Virus record (IMG/VR): IMGVR_UViG_3300042334_000377
Coordinates: 2,934-66,933 of that record
Reading direction: 5' to 3' (one strand)
DNA from: a virus
Taxonomy: Duplodnaviria > Caudoviricetes
DNA: 64,000 nucleotides
In this document: positions 24,190 to 34,736 of the stretch, piece after piece
How positions within the stretch are numbered: the first letter of the stretch is position 1
Layout: every line of letters starts with the position of its first letter
Notes under the pieces: model-generated
Seen by the model: only the letters and a program-made list of their open reading frames with translations
Database searches by the model: none
What the model was told of the DNA's origin: nothing
Translations under genes and position numbers: made by a program

Positions 24190-26037
24190 ATGATAAATAT
24201 AGGGATTGGAGTAAGTTGGGCTAAGTCTTTATATAGCGTGGCTAATAATATTATTGCTAACTTTAGAGCAAGAGTATTATCATATCCAAATAGTATATTT
24301 GAAGCTGGACCTTGCTTAGATGCAACATTGGAAGAATTAAATGCGGTAGGATTATTAGACGATGCTTCACTTATTGTTACACCTAATGCGTACAATGAGG
24401 GAGTATTATATGACGTTATCCCTAATACACCTCTTGGCGATATGGATGTTGTTCGTGCTACAACAGCAACGAGAGTAAATAGTTCGGGATTGATTGAAGT
24501 AGTTCCGAGAAATTTAATTACATATAGTAATGATTTTACAAATGCAGCTTGGATAAAAACAAGTGGTGCGTCAATAACTGCAAATTCGGTTATTGCTCCA
24601 AATGGAACAATGACTGCCGATACTTTAAACGTTGCGGTAGCTACTTATTCGGGAATATATCAAAATCTTGGAAGTTTAAGTGGACAAAATACAATTAGTA
24701 TTTATGCTAAAAAAGGAACAAAAGATTTTTTATATTTTATAAATTTACAAGGAAGTACAACAGCCGTTTGGTTTAATATTAGCAACGGAACATTAGGCAC
24801 GGTTTCAAGTGGTTATACTGCTACAATAACTGACGTTGGTAATAGTTGGTATCGTTGCACTTTAAGTCAATCCGTTAGTGCAACAAGTTACTTTCAATTA
24901 GGTTTAAGCGATTCAGACGGTTCTGTTACTCCTACAAGTACGGGAACAGCTTACATTTGGGGTGCTCAATTAGAAGCTTTTTCAACAGCAACAGAATATT
25001 TCCCTACAACAACACGTTTAAATATACCTCGTATTGATTACACAAACGGAAGTTGTCCGAGTTTATTGGTAGAGCCACAAAGAACAAATTTATATTTTCC
25101 GTCAATTCCCTCTTCATCAGGTGGTGGAACATATACTTTGAACGATGCAATTTCTCCCGACGGAACACAAAACGCATCATCTTTTGTACCAAGTGGATTT
25201 GGTGTTGTTTATTCTAATTCAATAAGTACAACAGTGCAAACTTACACTTTCAGCGTTTATTTAAAAGGAACTGTTAATGGCCAAAAAGTTGGATTAGGCG
25301 ATAATGGAAATATATTAAATAATTTTACAATAACAACGTCTTGGCAAAGATATACTTTCACTTTTACAGGTAGTGTTCAAAATACTCCTTTTTATCTTTT
25401 ATCAGGTAATTATTTTAGTCCCGCTGAAAATAATAAGTTTTATATTTATGGCGCTCAATTAGAAGTAGGCTCATACGCCACTTCACTGATACCGACTCAA
25501 GCATCTTCAGTAACTCGTAACGCTGATGTTATTTCTAAAACAGGAATAAGTAGTTTAATAGATAGTCAACAAGGTGTTTTATTTATGAACATAAAAGCTT
25601 TATCTGATAATTATGACTCACAAAGTAGTTTTATTGGATTAACAAGTGGAACATTCGCAGATACTATACAATTATATTATACTTCAACAAGATTAGGCGG
25701 ATTGTTTAGAAGTAATTTCAATAGTTCAGATGTTTTTGTAATATCATCAACAATTAATACATTTAATAAAGTTGCTTTAAGATGGGTTGGAACTACTTTT
25801 TCAGTTTTTGCAAATGGTGTTTTAATTGGAACTCGAACATTAACTCAATTACCAATAAATAAATTAAACACATTTATAACTAATGATGGTAATGGTGGAA
25901 GCCCTTTTAGCGGTAATATTGATTCTATTCAAATTTACAAAACACCTCTAACAGACGAACAATTAACTTTACTTACAGGAGACTTATACGATAGTTATTC
26001 TGAAATGGCGAATAGTTTAAATTATATCTTAGAATAA
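24190..26037 (+). CDS. Fibre/spike protein with carbohydrate-binding and ConA/LamG-like domains
   Basis: NLITYSNDF...WYRC...WGAQLE...ATSLIPT; C-terminal lectin-like region. Confidence 0.75.
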   Translation: MINIGIGVSWAKSLYSVANNIIANFRARVLSYPNSIFEAGPCLDATLEELNAVGLLDDASLIVTPNAYNEGVLYDVIPNTPLGDMDVVRATTATRVNSSGLIEVVPRNLITYSNDFTNAAWIKTSGASITANSVIAPNGTMTADTLNVAVATYSGIYQNLGSLSGQNTISIYAKKGTKDFLYFINLQGSTTAVWFNISNGTLGTVSSGYTATITDVGNSWYRCTLSQSVSATSYFQLGLSDSDGSVTPTSTGTAYIWGAQLEAFSTATEYFPTTTRLNIPRIDYTNGSCPSLLVEPQRTNLYFPSIPSSSGGGTYTLNDAISPDGTQNASSFVPSGFGVVYSNSISTTVQTYTFSVYLKGTVNGQKVGLGDNGNILNNFTITTSWQRYTFTFTGSVQNTPFYLLSGNYFSPAENNKFYIYGAQLEVGSYATSLIPTQASSVTRNADVISKTGISSLIDSQQGVLFMNIKALSDNYDSQSSFIGLTSGTFADTIQLYYTSTRLGGLFRSNFNSSDVFVISSTINTFNKVALRWVGTTFSVFANGVLIGTRTLTQLPINKLNTFITNDGNGGSPFSGNIDSIQIYKTPLTDEQLTLLTGDLYDSYSEMANSLNYILE

Positions 26038-27746
26038 TGGCACAGACAAGTTTAATAATAGGAGATACAAATTGGGCAGTAAAAGAAGATAGCCTATTGG
26101 GATATAATGTTATTCAAAATAAGTATTTACCAATACCTATAGATACCGTACGTGCTACTACAGCTACACGAGTAAATGAACAAGGGTTAATTGAGATTGT
26201 ACCAAGAAACTTAATTGAATATAGTGAACAACTTGATAATGCAGTTTGGATTAGAACTAATTTAACTGTAACTCCGAACGCGACTACTGCTCCAAACGGA
26301 ACATTAACTGCTGAAAAATTAATTCCAACTGTAACTAACGATTTACATATAACCGAAAGTAGTGTAGTTTCTTTTGTTAGTGGTAGTATATATACTTTTA
26401 GTTTCTATGCAAAAAGAGCTGAAGATAATTTCATTCAAATTACAGCTTCATCTTCTTTGCTATCAACAAGAGCAAATTTTAATTTATTAAATGGTACTTT
26501 AGGATTTGTAGATAGCGGTATAACCGCTACTATTACACCTATTAATAATGATTGGTATAGATGTACCGCTTCTTTTGTTGCGGCTGCTACAGGTAATTTT
26601 AGAATGGTTTTATGTAATATACCAGCTTCAACTTCTGCTCGTTTTGCAACTTTTGCAGGTAATGGAACTTCAGGCGTTTTTGTTTGGGGTTGCCAAGTTG
26701 ATAATGGCTCAGTTGCTACAGAATACTTTCCTACAACTAATAGATTAGATATACCACGTATTGATTATTCAACAGGTACAGCTGCGCTTTTGGTGGAATC
26801 TGGTCGGACAAATTTAGCTACAAATAGTGACGGAAATGTAAGTACATATGGTTCAGCTATAAATGTTACTAATGCATCGAGTTCTTTTAATTCATTCACA
26901 AATGCAATACAATTTCCAAGCACAGGTTTAGCTTTATCTTATAAGTCAGTAGTTACAACAGCACAAACATACGCTATTTCTGTTTTTATAAAAATGGATG
27001 ATAATTCAGTTCCAATACTTTCAGCAAGTCAAACAACAGGGAATTTTTGTTTAGTTATAGCGGGAGCCATTGCTACAAATAATTTAAAAGTTGAAAGTTA
27101 TGGTAACAATGTTTATAGATTAAGTGCAACAGCAACAAGTGGAGCAGTTAATATTAATAATGGTTTAATTAGATACGATACACAAGTATTAAAATCTTTT
27201 AAAATTACAGGAATACAATTAGAAGCTGGCGCTTACCCAACATCGTACATACCTACATTAGCAAGTTCTGTGAGCCGTAATTCTGATTTGATTTCTAAAA
27301 CAGGAGTTAGCGGTTTAGTTGGAACTGAATTTACTATATTTTTTGATGGTTTTGAAAGTATTGGAGGAAGTAGTAGTAGATATATTGTTTTAAAAGGGAG
27401 CGGAGGGCTTTATGCAAATTTAATAATTATTGAACAAACGCCAACAAATTTAATAGCTGCTTTTGTTAATGATAACAGCTCGTCGAGTGTATTTGCTTCT
27501 TATTCCTCTCAATTAACAAGTGGGCAAAGAGTTAAATTTGCTCTAAGATGTAAAAATAACGATTTTGCATTTTATGTAAATGGGCAATTAAGAAATGCCC
27601 AAGCAAGCGGAACAGTGCCTACAACTTCAACTTTATATTTAGGATATTATCCTGACTATGCAGATAATTATAATATAATAAATTCATCCGTAATTTATAA
27701 TTCAGCTTTAACAAATGCAGAAATGGCACAATTAACAACACTATAA
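26037..27746 (+). CDS. Fibre/spike protein, tandem paralog of the previous gene
   Basis: Shared blocks VRATTATRVN..GLIE.VPRNLI.YS and TEYFPTT.RL.IPRIDY. Confidence 0.75.
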   Translation: MAQTSLIIGDTNWAVKEDSLLGYNVIQNKYLPIPIDTVRATTATRVNEQGLIEIVPRNLIEYSEQLDNAVWIRTNLTVTPNATTAPNGTLTAEKLIPTVTNDLHITESSVVSFVSGSIYTFSFYAKRAEDNFIQITASSSLLSTRANFNLLNGTLGFVDSGITATITPINNDWYRCTASFVAAATGNFRMVLCNIPASTSARFATFAGNGTSGVFVWGCQVDNGSVATEYFPTTNRLDIPRIDYSTGTAALLVESGRTNLATNSDGNVSTYGSAINVTNASSSFNSFTNAIQFPSTGLALSYKSVVTTAQTYAISVFIKMDDNSVPILSASQTTGNFCLVIAGAIATNNLKVESYGNNVYRLSATATSGAVNINNGLIRYDTQVLKSFKITGIQLEAGAYPTSYIPTLASSVSRNSDLISKTGVSGLVGTEFTIFFDGFESIGGSSSRYIVLKGSGGLYANLIIIEQTPTNLIAAFVNDNSSSSVFASYSSQLTSGQRVKFALRCKNNDFAFYVNGQLRNAQASGTVPTTSTLYLGYYPDYADNYNIINSSVIYNSALTNAEMAQLTTL

Positions 27747-27747
27747 T

Positions 27748-28119
27748 ATGGAAATTTATAAATTAAACTATGCAGACCCAAATGCTGCAACAGCTGATTT
27801 AATAGCTAAAGGAGTATATGTTGAAATTACAGACTTAAATGGCGAGCCTCAATTAGTTTATGCTAATGGAACTCAAGCTGTAGTAGATATAGGACAAATT
27901 GTAAAAGTACCAGGAGAGTATGACGACCAAGGGAATGTGATTGTTGAACCTATCTATTATGATGGTGTATTCTACGATGTAATGACAACTGAGGTGGTTG
28001 ACTTTGGAACCAATGAAGTGTTCCCTGTTGATTGCGTTCATTCTTTTATGGGTTATGCTCAAAACGCTGATGGACCAGTAGATGAACCATTACAGGTAAT
28101 TATGCCGAAAAACAAGTAA
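27748..28119 (+). CDS. Putative fibre-associated/chaperone protein
   Basis: Acidic, follows the spike genes. Confidence 0.5.
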   Translation: MEIYKLNYADPNAATADLIAKGVYVEITDLNGEPQLVYANGTQAVVDIGQIVKVPGEYDDQGNVIVEPIYYDGVFYDVMTTEVVDFGTNEVFPVDCVHSFMGYAQNADGPVDEPLQVIMPKNK

Positions 28120-28162
28120 TTAAATAAGTATAATAACAATAAACAATTAAATTAAATAAAAA

Positions 28163-28417
28163 ATGGAAGTAGTAAAACAGATTACAAAAGAACAATTAGA
28201 AAAAATTACAACGCAACAAAAAGATCTTCAAGCGTTATTAACTAACATTGGATTATTAGAATCCCAAAAGCATAGATTCTTACATCAAATTGCAGAGGTT
28301 AATAAAACAATCGAAGACTTTAAAACTGAATTGCAAGAAGAATATGGACCAATCAATATTAGTTTAGAGGATGGTTCTTATACTGAGATTGAAGAAGAAG
28401 TTAAAGAAACTGAATAA
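28163..28417 (+). CDS. Coiled-coil protein
   Basis: Heptads, EEYGPINISLEDGSY end. Confidence 0.65.
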   Translation: MEVVKQITKEQLEKITTQQKDLQALLTNIGLLESQKHRFLHQIAEVNKTIEDFKTELQEEYGPINISLEDGSYTEIEEEVKETE

Positions 28418-28644
28418 TGAATTCAGTAATTAGAAAAATAAGTATAGGCGTTGATTATAAAAATGAAGCAATGCATTATTCTGTAGGCCAGCAGGTTTAC
28501 GGAGGACATGAGATTGCATGCATTTTAGTAGATGAGCAAGATTCATCGTATAATGTTTATATAAAGAAAGAAGACGAAGTAATGCCATGGAAGAAGTTTA
28601 ATCATAACATGGCAGTATCTGTAGAATACGATTTAGAATACTAA
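28417..28644 (+). CDS. Conserved hypothetical protein
   Basis: IRKISIG.DYKN.AMHYSVGQ.VYGGH. Confidence 0.7.
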   Translation: MNSVIRKISIGVDYKNEAMHYSVGQQVYGGHEIACILVDEQDSSYNVYIKKEDEVMPWKKFNHNMAVSVEYDLEY

Positions 28645-29249
28645 TGCAAAGTGTATTTAACTTTATTGTAAAGCCCGTCGGTGATAGGTACAATAACAAA
28701 GTTAAAGTAGACGACAAAGAACTAATACTAAATACAAAAATAGAAAGTTTTAAATCAGTGAATAAATTAGCGGAGGTAGTTTCTACACCGCTAGCTTATT
28801 CTACTAATATTAAAAAAGGAGATTTAGTAGTAATACATCACAATGTATTTAGAAGGTTCTACGATATTAGAGGAAATCAAAAAGACAGCCGTTCATATTT
28901 TATGAATGATTTGTATTTTTGTGATCTAGATCAAATCTACTTGTATAAAAATGAAGGTAAATGGGAAACATTTGGAGACAGATGCTTTATTAAACCATTA
29001 AAAAATATAGATTATTTAAAGCTCGATAAAGAGCAAAGGCTTATTGGTATACTAAAATACGGAAATGAGTCCTTAAACAAGCTTAAAATCAATCCTGGTG
29101 ACCTGGTTGGATATACTCCAGATGGTGAATGGGAATTTATAATTGATGGTGAGCGGTTATATTGTATGAAATCTAATGATATTGTAATTAAATATGAATA
29201 TAAAGGAAACGAAGAGGAATACAACCCAGGTTGGGTACATAGTATATAG
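28644..29249 (+). CDS. GroES-like-fold protein (two repeats)
   Basis: FIVKP...IKKGDLVVIHH and CFIKP...INPGDLVGY...IDGERLY. Confidence 0.55.
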   Translation: MQSVFNFIVKPVGDRYNNKVKVDDKELILNTKIESFKSVNKLAEVVSTPLAYSTNIKKGDLVVIHHNVFRRFYDIRGNQKDSRSYFMNDLYFCDLDQIYLYKNEGKWETFGDRCFIKPLKNIDYLKLDKEQRLIGILKYGNESLNKLKINPGDLVGYTPDGEWEFIIDGERLYCMKSNDIVIKYEYKGNEEEYNPGWVHSI

Positions 29250-29793
29250 GCATATAAGACACGATAAAAACGAACCCTTTTATATCGGGATAGGTTCTGA
29301 AAGAAGAAGCAAAGATACAGGCGTTCGTAGAAGTATTATGTGGAATAATATAATTGCTAAATCATCTTATGACATAGAAATTCTTTTTGAAAATTTAACT
29401 TGGGATCAAGCATGTTTAAAAGAAAAAGAATTTATTGCTATTTACGGCCGCAAAGATAAAAAAACGGGTAGTTTATGTAATATGACTGACGGAGGCGACG
29501 GCGCTCCTGGCCAAATTCATTCGGAAGAAACAAAAATAAAAAGAGCTCTAGCAATAACAGGAGAAAAGCATGGAATGTATGGTAAAACACATACTGATAT
29601 ATTGAAAGCAAAATGGTCTAAAGAAAGAAGTAGAGAAAAACATTTTCTTGCAAGGAAAGTGCTTAATACCGAAACAAATAAAATATTTAATTGTGTAAAA
29701 GACGCTTCTGAATTTTATTCTATTAATTATAGTACTTTATGTAGTTGGTTAAATAAATCAAGACCTAACAAAAGTAATTTTATTTATATTTAA
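29194..29793 (+). mobile_element. Free-standing GIY-YIG homing endonuclease with NUMOD3-like region
   Basis: YIVYRH...FYIGIG...R...E...NMTDGGDG, HSEETK, GMYGKTH. Confidence 0.85.
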
Positions 29794-29797
29794 TTTT

Positions 29798-30073
29798 ATG
29801 GAAATAAAAAAAGCAAAACAAGCAATTATACAGGCGGGTAAAGAAGCAGTTGATGAATTAATTAAAGTGGCTAAGTCTCCAATATTAATGGGTAATGAAG
29901 ATGATCCAGAACCTGAAAAATTGAAGAATGCTGCTGCCACAAAAAAGCTGGCTATATTTGATGCTTTTGAAATCCTTAGTAGGATTGAAGAGGAAGAAAG
30001 AATGTTAGAAGATAGCGAAAAAGAACCAACGGCAAAAACGTTTAAAGGTTTCGCAGAAGGGAGATCCAAATAA
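29798..30073 (+). CDS. Putative terminase small subunit
   Basis: Helical 91 aa, coupled to terL. Confidence 0.6.
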   Translation: MEIKKAKQAIIQAGKEAVDELIKVAKSPILMGNEDDPEPEKLKNAAATKKLAIFDAFEILSRIEEEERMLEDSEKEPTAKTFKGFAEGRSK

Positions 30074-32292
30074 TGTACGAAAATACTTTATTCAAGGTTT
30101 TACCTGATTATATCAAGTCAAGTGTTTTAAAGAAAGAGAATAGGCTTAAAACATGGAAGTACGGCTATAATAAACAACACGATATAGTTGTTATAAGTAA
30201 GACCGGAAAGATTGGCGAAATATACGAGATTCAAAATCTAAAGATTGCTTTACCTCTAATAGAGGATTCATACCAAAGAAGCCCGAAAAAAGAATTACAA
30301 TATTGGGAGCAATTAGAAGTACCTAAGGAGTTAATTAAAATAAAGAATGTATTCGATTGGAATAAATATCCGGATGCATTTAAAGAGAAGTGGTACGATT
30401 ACATTGACAATGAATTCAGATACAGAGACGAAGGTTTCTCATTTTATAGTAATGGAACTCCTACATATATAACAGGTACACATTACATGTACCTACAATG
30501 GAGTAAAATAGATGTTGGTGCCCCAGACTTTAGAGAATCAAATAGATTGTTCTTTATATTTTGGGAAGCTTGCAAAGCGGATTACAGATGTTACGGAATG
30601 TCTTATTTAAAGAATAGACGTTCTGGATTTTCATTTATGTCTTCCGCAGAACTAGTTAACCAAGCTACTATGTCAAGTGACTCAAGATTTGGTATACTAT
30701 CTAAATCAGGTAGCGATGCTAAAACGATGTTCACTGATAAGGTTGTACCAATATCAATTAACTACCCGTTCTTCTTTAAACCTATCCAAGATGGTATGGA
30801 TAGACCTAAAACAGAGTTAGCATATAGAGTGCCAGCTTCTAAGTTTACAAGAAAGAAATTAGATAATAATGAAAACCCTGAAGAACTTGATGGTCTTGAT
30901 ACAACAATTGACTGGAAGAATACAGGAGATAACTCTTATGATGGGGAAAAGCTAAAGCTTTTAGTTCATGATGAAAGTGGTAAATGGCTTAAACCTGATA
31001 ACATATTAAATAACTGGAGGGTTACTAAAACTTGTTTAAGATTAGGTAGTCGTATTATCGGTAAGTGTATGATGGGTTCGACATCAAATGCTTTAGATAA
31101 AGGAGGAGAGAATTTTAAGAAACTTTATTACAACTCAGATGTTACGAAAAGAAACGCCAATGGACAGACTAGCTCAGGATTATATAGTTTGTTCATACCT
31201 ATGGAATGGTCCTACGAGGGATTCATTGATACTTATGGCTTACCTGTCTTCCACACTCCAGAAAAACCAATCAAAGGAATCGACGGAAACGAAATTGAAA
31301 TAGGTGTTATTGAGCACTGGCAGAATGAAGTTGATGGTTTAAAGTCAGATTCAGATGGTCTAAATGAATACTACCGACAGTTTCCAAGAACAGAACAACA
31401 CGCATTTAGAGATGAAACAAAACAATCGTTGTTTAATCTTACAAAAATATACGAGCAAATTGATTATAATGCAGACCTACGTTACTCTGGTGTTTTAACA
31501 CGAGGGAACTTCCAATGGGATAACGGCATACTAGATACAAGAGTAAGCTTTTATCCAAATAAAGACGGTAGGTTCATAATCTCTTGGGTACCACCTAAAC
31601 ATATGCAAAACCGCGTAATAATAAAGGATGGGTACAAATATCCTGGTAATGAGCACTGTGGCGCATTTGGATGTGATAGTTACGATATATCCGGGACAGT
31701 TGACAATAGAGGATCGAATGGATCTCTTCATGGGTTAACAAAGTTTTCAATGGAAGACGTACCAGCAAACCATTTCTTTTTAGAATATATTGCAAGACCT
31801 CAGACAGCTGAAATATTCTTTGAAGAAGTTTTAATGGCTTGTGTATTTTACGGTATGCCAATACTTGCAGAGAATAACAAAGCAAGACTATTATATCATT
31901 TCAAAAGAAGAGGCTATAGAGGATTCTCAATGAATAGACCTGATAAAGTATGGAATAAGTTATCTCCAGCTGAAAAAGAAATTGGAGGTATACCAAACTC
32001 AGGACAAGATATTATACAAGCCCACGCAGCAGCAATTGAAACTTACATAGAAAATTATGTAGGAGATTTAGGGGATTCATATGGAGATATGTATTTCCAA
32101 AAAACATTAGAAGATTGGGCAAGGTTCAACATAAACGATAGAACAAAGCATGATGCTTCGATAAGTTCTGGGTTAGCTATAATGGCATGTAATAAACACA
32201 TGTATACGCCAACTAGCAATTTCCAAAAGGATAAGACTCCTTTAAACTTTAAAAGATATAATAATGAAGGTTATAGTTCAAAAATAATATAA
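30073..32292 (+). CDS. terL: Terminase large subunit
   Basis: KNRRSGFS Walker A, LLVHDESGK Walker B, GCDSYD nuclease, HDASI. Confidence 0.92.
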   Translation: MYENTLFKVLPDYIKSSVLKKENRLKTWKYGYNKQHDIVVISKTGKIGEIYEIQNLKIALPLIEDSYQRSPKKELQYWEQLEVPKELIKIKNVFDWNKYPDAFKEKWYDYIDNEFRYRDEGFSFYSNGTPTYITGTHYMYLQWSKIDVGAPDFRESNRLFFIFWEACKADYRCYGMSYLKNRRSGFSFMSSAELVNQATMSSDSRFGILSKSGSDAKTMFTDKVVPISINYPFFFKPIQDGMDRPKTELAYRVPASKFTRKKLDNNENPEELDGLDTTIDWKNTGDNSYDGEKLKLLVHDESGKWLKPDNILNNWRVTKTCLRLGSRIIGKCMMGSTSNALDKGGENFKKLYYNSDVTKRNANGQTSSGLYSLFIPMEWSYEGFIDTYGLPVFHTPEKPIKGIDGNEIEIGVIEHWQNEVDGLKSDSDGLNEYYRQFPRTEQHAFRDETKQSLFNLTKIYEQIDYNADLRYSGVLTRGNFQWDNGILDTRVSFYPNKDGRFIISWVPPKHMQNRVIIKDGYKYPGNEHCGAFGCDSYDISGTVDNRGSNGSLHGLTKFSMEDVPANHFFLEYIARPQTAEIFFEEVLMACVFYGMPILAENNKARLLYHFKRRGYRGFSMNRPDKVWNKLSPAEKEIGGIPNSGQDIIQAHAAAIETYIENYVGDLGDSYGDMYFQKTLEDWARFNINDRTKHDASISSGLAIMACNKHMYTPTSNFQKDKTPLNFKRYNNEGYSSKII

Positions 32293-32295
32293 TAG

Positions 32296-34704
32296 ATGAT
32301 TTATACAAACACTAATAGTTCTTTCCCTACCCAAGTAGTATCAGATGAAGAAAAGCAAAGTCTTGAATATGGAATTCTAGTTGCTAGGGCTATTGAAAAC
32401 GAATGGTTTCGTGGAGATAGAGTTGGAGCTGGAACCGGTAATAGATGGGGATCAAACTGGCAAAACTTTCACAATTTACGTTTATATGCAAGAGGTGAAC
32501 AATCTGTACAAAAATACAAAGATGAATTGTCTGTTAATGGCGACTTATCGTATCTTAATTTAGATTGGAAACCTATTCCTATTATACCTAAGTTCGTAGA
32601 CATCGTTGTTAATGGTATATCTAATAAGAACTATGAGATCAAAGCTTATGCCGAAGATCCAGAAGCTGTTCAAGCTAAAACAAAATATGCTGAAGGTATT
32701 ATAAGAGATATGATGGCAAAAGACTTATTAGATAGCATCCAATCTAAATTGGGTGTTAATCTATATAATAGTCCAAACCCTAAAGACTTACCTGAAACAA
32801 AAGAAGAATTAGAAATTAAATTGCAATTAGATTACAAACAAGCGATTGAAATTGCAGAAGAAGAAGTAATAAACCAGATATTAGATCGTAATAGATATAC
32901 TCTAATCAATAGAAGACTTAATTATGATTTAACTGTATTAGGTATTGCAGCGGCTAAAACAAACTGGAATGAAGCCAATGGTGTTGTTCTTGAGTATGTT
33001 GACCCCGCTAACCTTGTTTATTCTTATACAGAGGATCCAAACTTCGAAGATATATATTATGTAGGAGAGGTTAAGTCAGTAGCATTAGAGGAGCTTAAAA
33101 AAGAATTCCCGTATTTAACAGATGATGAATTAAGAGAAATAGAAAAATACCCGGGGAATGCTAATTATACTCGCGACTATTATGGAACTGATGCAAATGA
33201 TAATACTGTTCAAGTATTATATTTTGAATATAAAACATATTCTAATCAGGTGTTTAAAATTAAACAAACCGAAAATGGATTAGAAAAAGCGCTTGAAAAA
33301 CCGGATACATTTAATCCGCCAGCCAATGACAATTTTGAAAGAATATCAAGATCAATCGAGGTATTGTATTCAGGCGCAAAAATATTAGGATTTAACAAAA
33401 TGCTTAAGTGGGAACTAGCTGAGAATATGACTAGACCACTTGCGGATACTACAAGAGTAGAGATGAATTATACTATCTGTGCTCCTAGAATGTATAAAGG
33501 AAGAATTGAATCATTAGTAAGCCGTATAACAGGGTTTGCGGATATGATCCAATTAACACATTTGAAACTACAACAAGTACTATCAAGAATGGTGCCTGAT
33601 GGAGTATTCGTCGATGTTGATGGATTAGCGGAAGTTGATTTAGGGAACGGTACAAACTATAATGCTGCAGAGGCATTAAATATGTATTTCCAAACAGGTA
33701 GTATTGTTGGTAGATCAATGTCACAAGATGGAGGCCAAAATCCAGGTAAAGTGCCAATCCAGGAATTACAAACATCGTCAGGTAATGCTAAGATAAGTTC
33801 TTTAATCAGTACTTACCAATATTACTTACAAATGATACGTGATGTAACCGGGTTAAACGAAGCAAGAGATGGTAGTACGCCAGACAGAGATGCTTTAGTT
33901 GGGTTACAGAAAATGGCAGCAGCAAGTTCAAACACTGCAACACGTCACATATTACAATCAAGTTTATTCTTAACGTTAAGATTATGTGAGAATATTGCTT
34001 TAAGAATTAAAGATTCATTAGGATTCCCATTAACTCGTAAAGCACTTATTGAAAGTATATCGGTTTCAAATGTAGAAACATTAAAAGAGATAGAGAATTT
34101 AAACTTGCATGATTTTGGTATCTTCTTAGAATTAGAACCTGAAGAAGAAGATAAAGCACAATTTGAACAAAACATTCAGATTGCTTTACAATCAGGGGGA
34201 ATTGATTTAGAAGATGTAATTGATCTAAGACAAATTAAGAATTTAAAACTAGCTAATCAATCTTTAAAATATAAGAGAAAGAAAAAGTTAGAAAGAGATC
34301 AAGCAAATCAACAAGCAAATATTGCGGCGCAAGGTCAAGCAAATGCGCAAGCGTCAGAAGCAGCAGCATTAGCCGAAGTACAAAAGCAACAAGCTTTAGC
34401 GCAAACTGAGATTCAAATATTACAATCTAAATCTCAATTTGAAATACAAAGAATGCAACAAGAATTAATGCTTGAGAAACAAAGAATGGCAGTGAAGTTT
34501 GATTACGACATGCAACTTGCCCAGATGCAATTAGGTGTTGCTCAACAAAAACAAGCTCAAGCAGAAGATCGTAAAGATCAAAGAACAAAGATACAAGCCA
34601 CACAACAATCAGAATTAATAGACCAAAGAAAAAATAATTCATTGCCAAAAGACTTTGAAGGAAGTGAAGATGGATTCGATCTATCACAGTTTGGTCCACA
34701 ATAA
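32296..34704 (+). CDS. Portal protein
   Basis: 802 aa after TerL; IPKFVDIV, TGLNEARDG motifs, Q-rich coiled C-terminus. Confidence 0.88.
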   Translation: MIYTNTNSSFPTQVVSDEEKQSLEYGILVARAIENEWFRGDRVGAGTGNRWGSNWQNFHNLRLYARGEQSVQKYKDELSVNGDLSYLNLDWKPIPIIPKFVDIVVNGISNKNYEIKAYAEDPEAVQAKTKYAEGIIRDMMAKDLLDSIQSKLGVNLYNSPNPKDLPETKEELEIKLQLDYKQAIEIAEEEVINQILDRNRYTLINRRLNYDLTVLGIAAAKTNWNEANGVVLEYVDPANLVYSYTEDPNFEDIYYVGEVKSVALEELKKEFPYLTDDELREIEKYPGNANYTRDYYGTDANDNTVQVLYFEYKTYSNQVFKIKQTENGLEKALEKPDTFNPPANDNFERISRSIEVLYSGAKILGFNKMLKWELAENMTRPLADTTRVEMNYTICAPRMYKGRIESLVSRITGFADMIQLTHLKLQQVLSRMVPDGVFVDVDGLAEVDLGNGTNYNAAEALNMYFQTGSIVGRSMSQDGGQNPGKVPIQELQTSSGNAKISSLISTYQYYLQMIRDVTGLNEARDGSTPDRDALVGLQKMAAASSNTATRHILQSSLFLTLRLCENIALRIKDSLGFPLTRKALIESISVSNVETLKEIENLNLHDFGIFLELEPEEEDKAQFEQNIQIALQSGGIDLEDVIDLRQIKNLKLANQSLKYKRKKKLERDQANQQANIAAQGQANAQASEAAALAEVQKQQALAQTEIQILQSKSQFEIQRMQQELMLEKQRMAVKFDYDMQLAQMQLGVAQQKQAQAEDRKDQRTKIQATQQSELIDQRKNNSLPKDFEGSEDGFDLSQFGPQ

Positions 34705-34736
34705 GAATACATTAACCAATTTTATATTATCATATT

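Noticed and set aside
13257-27746. Diversity-generating retroelement acting on fibre genes
   Set aside because: No reverse transcriptase and no template/variable repeat pair differing at adenines was seen.
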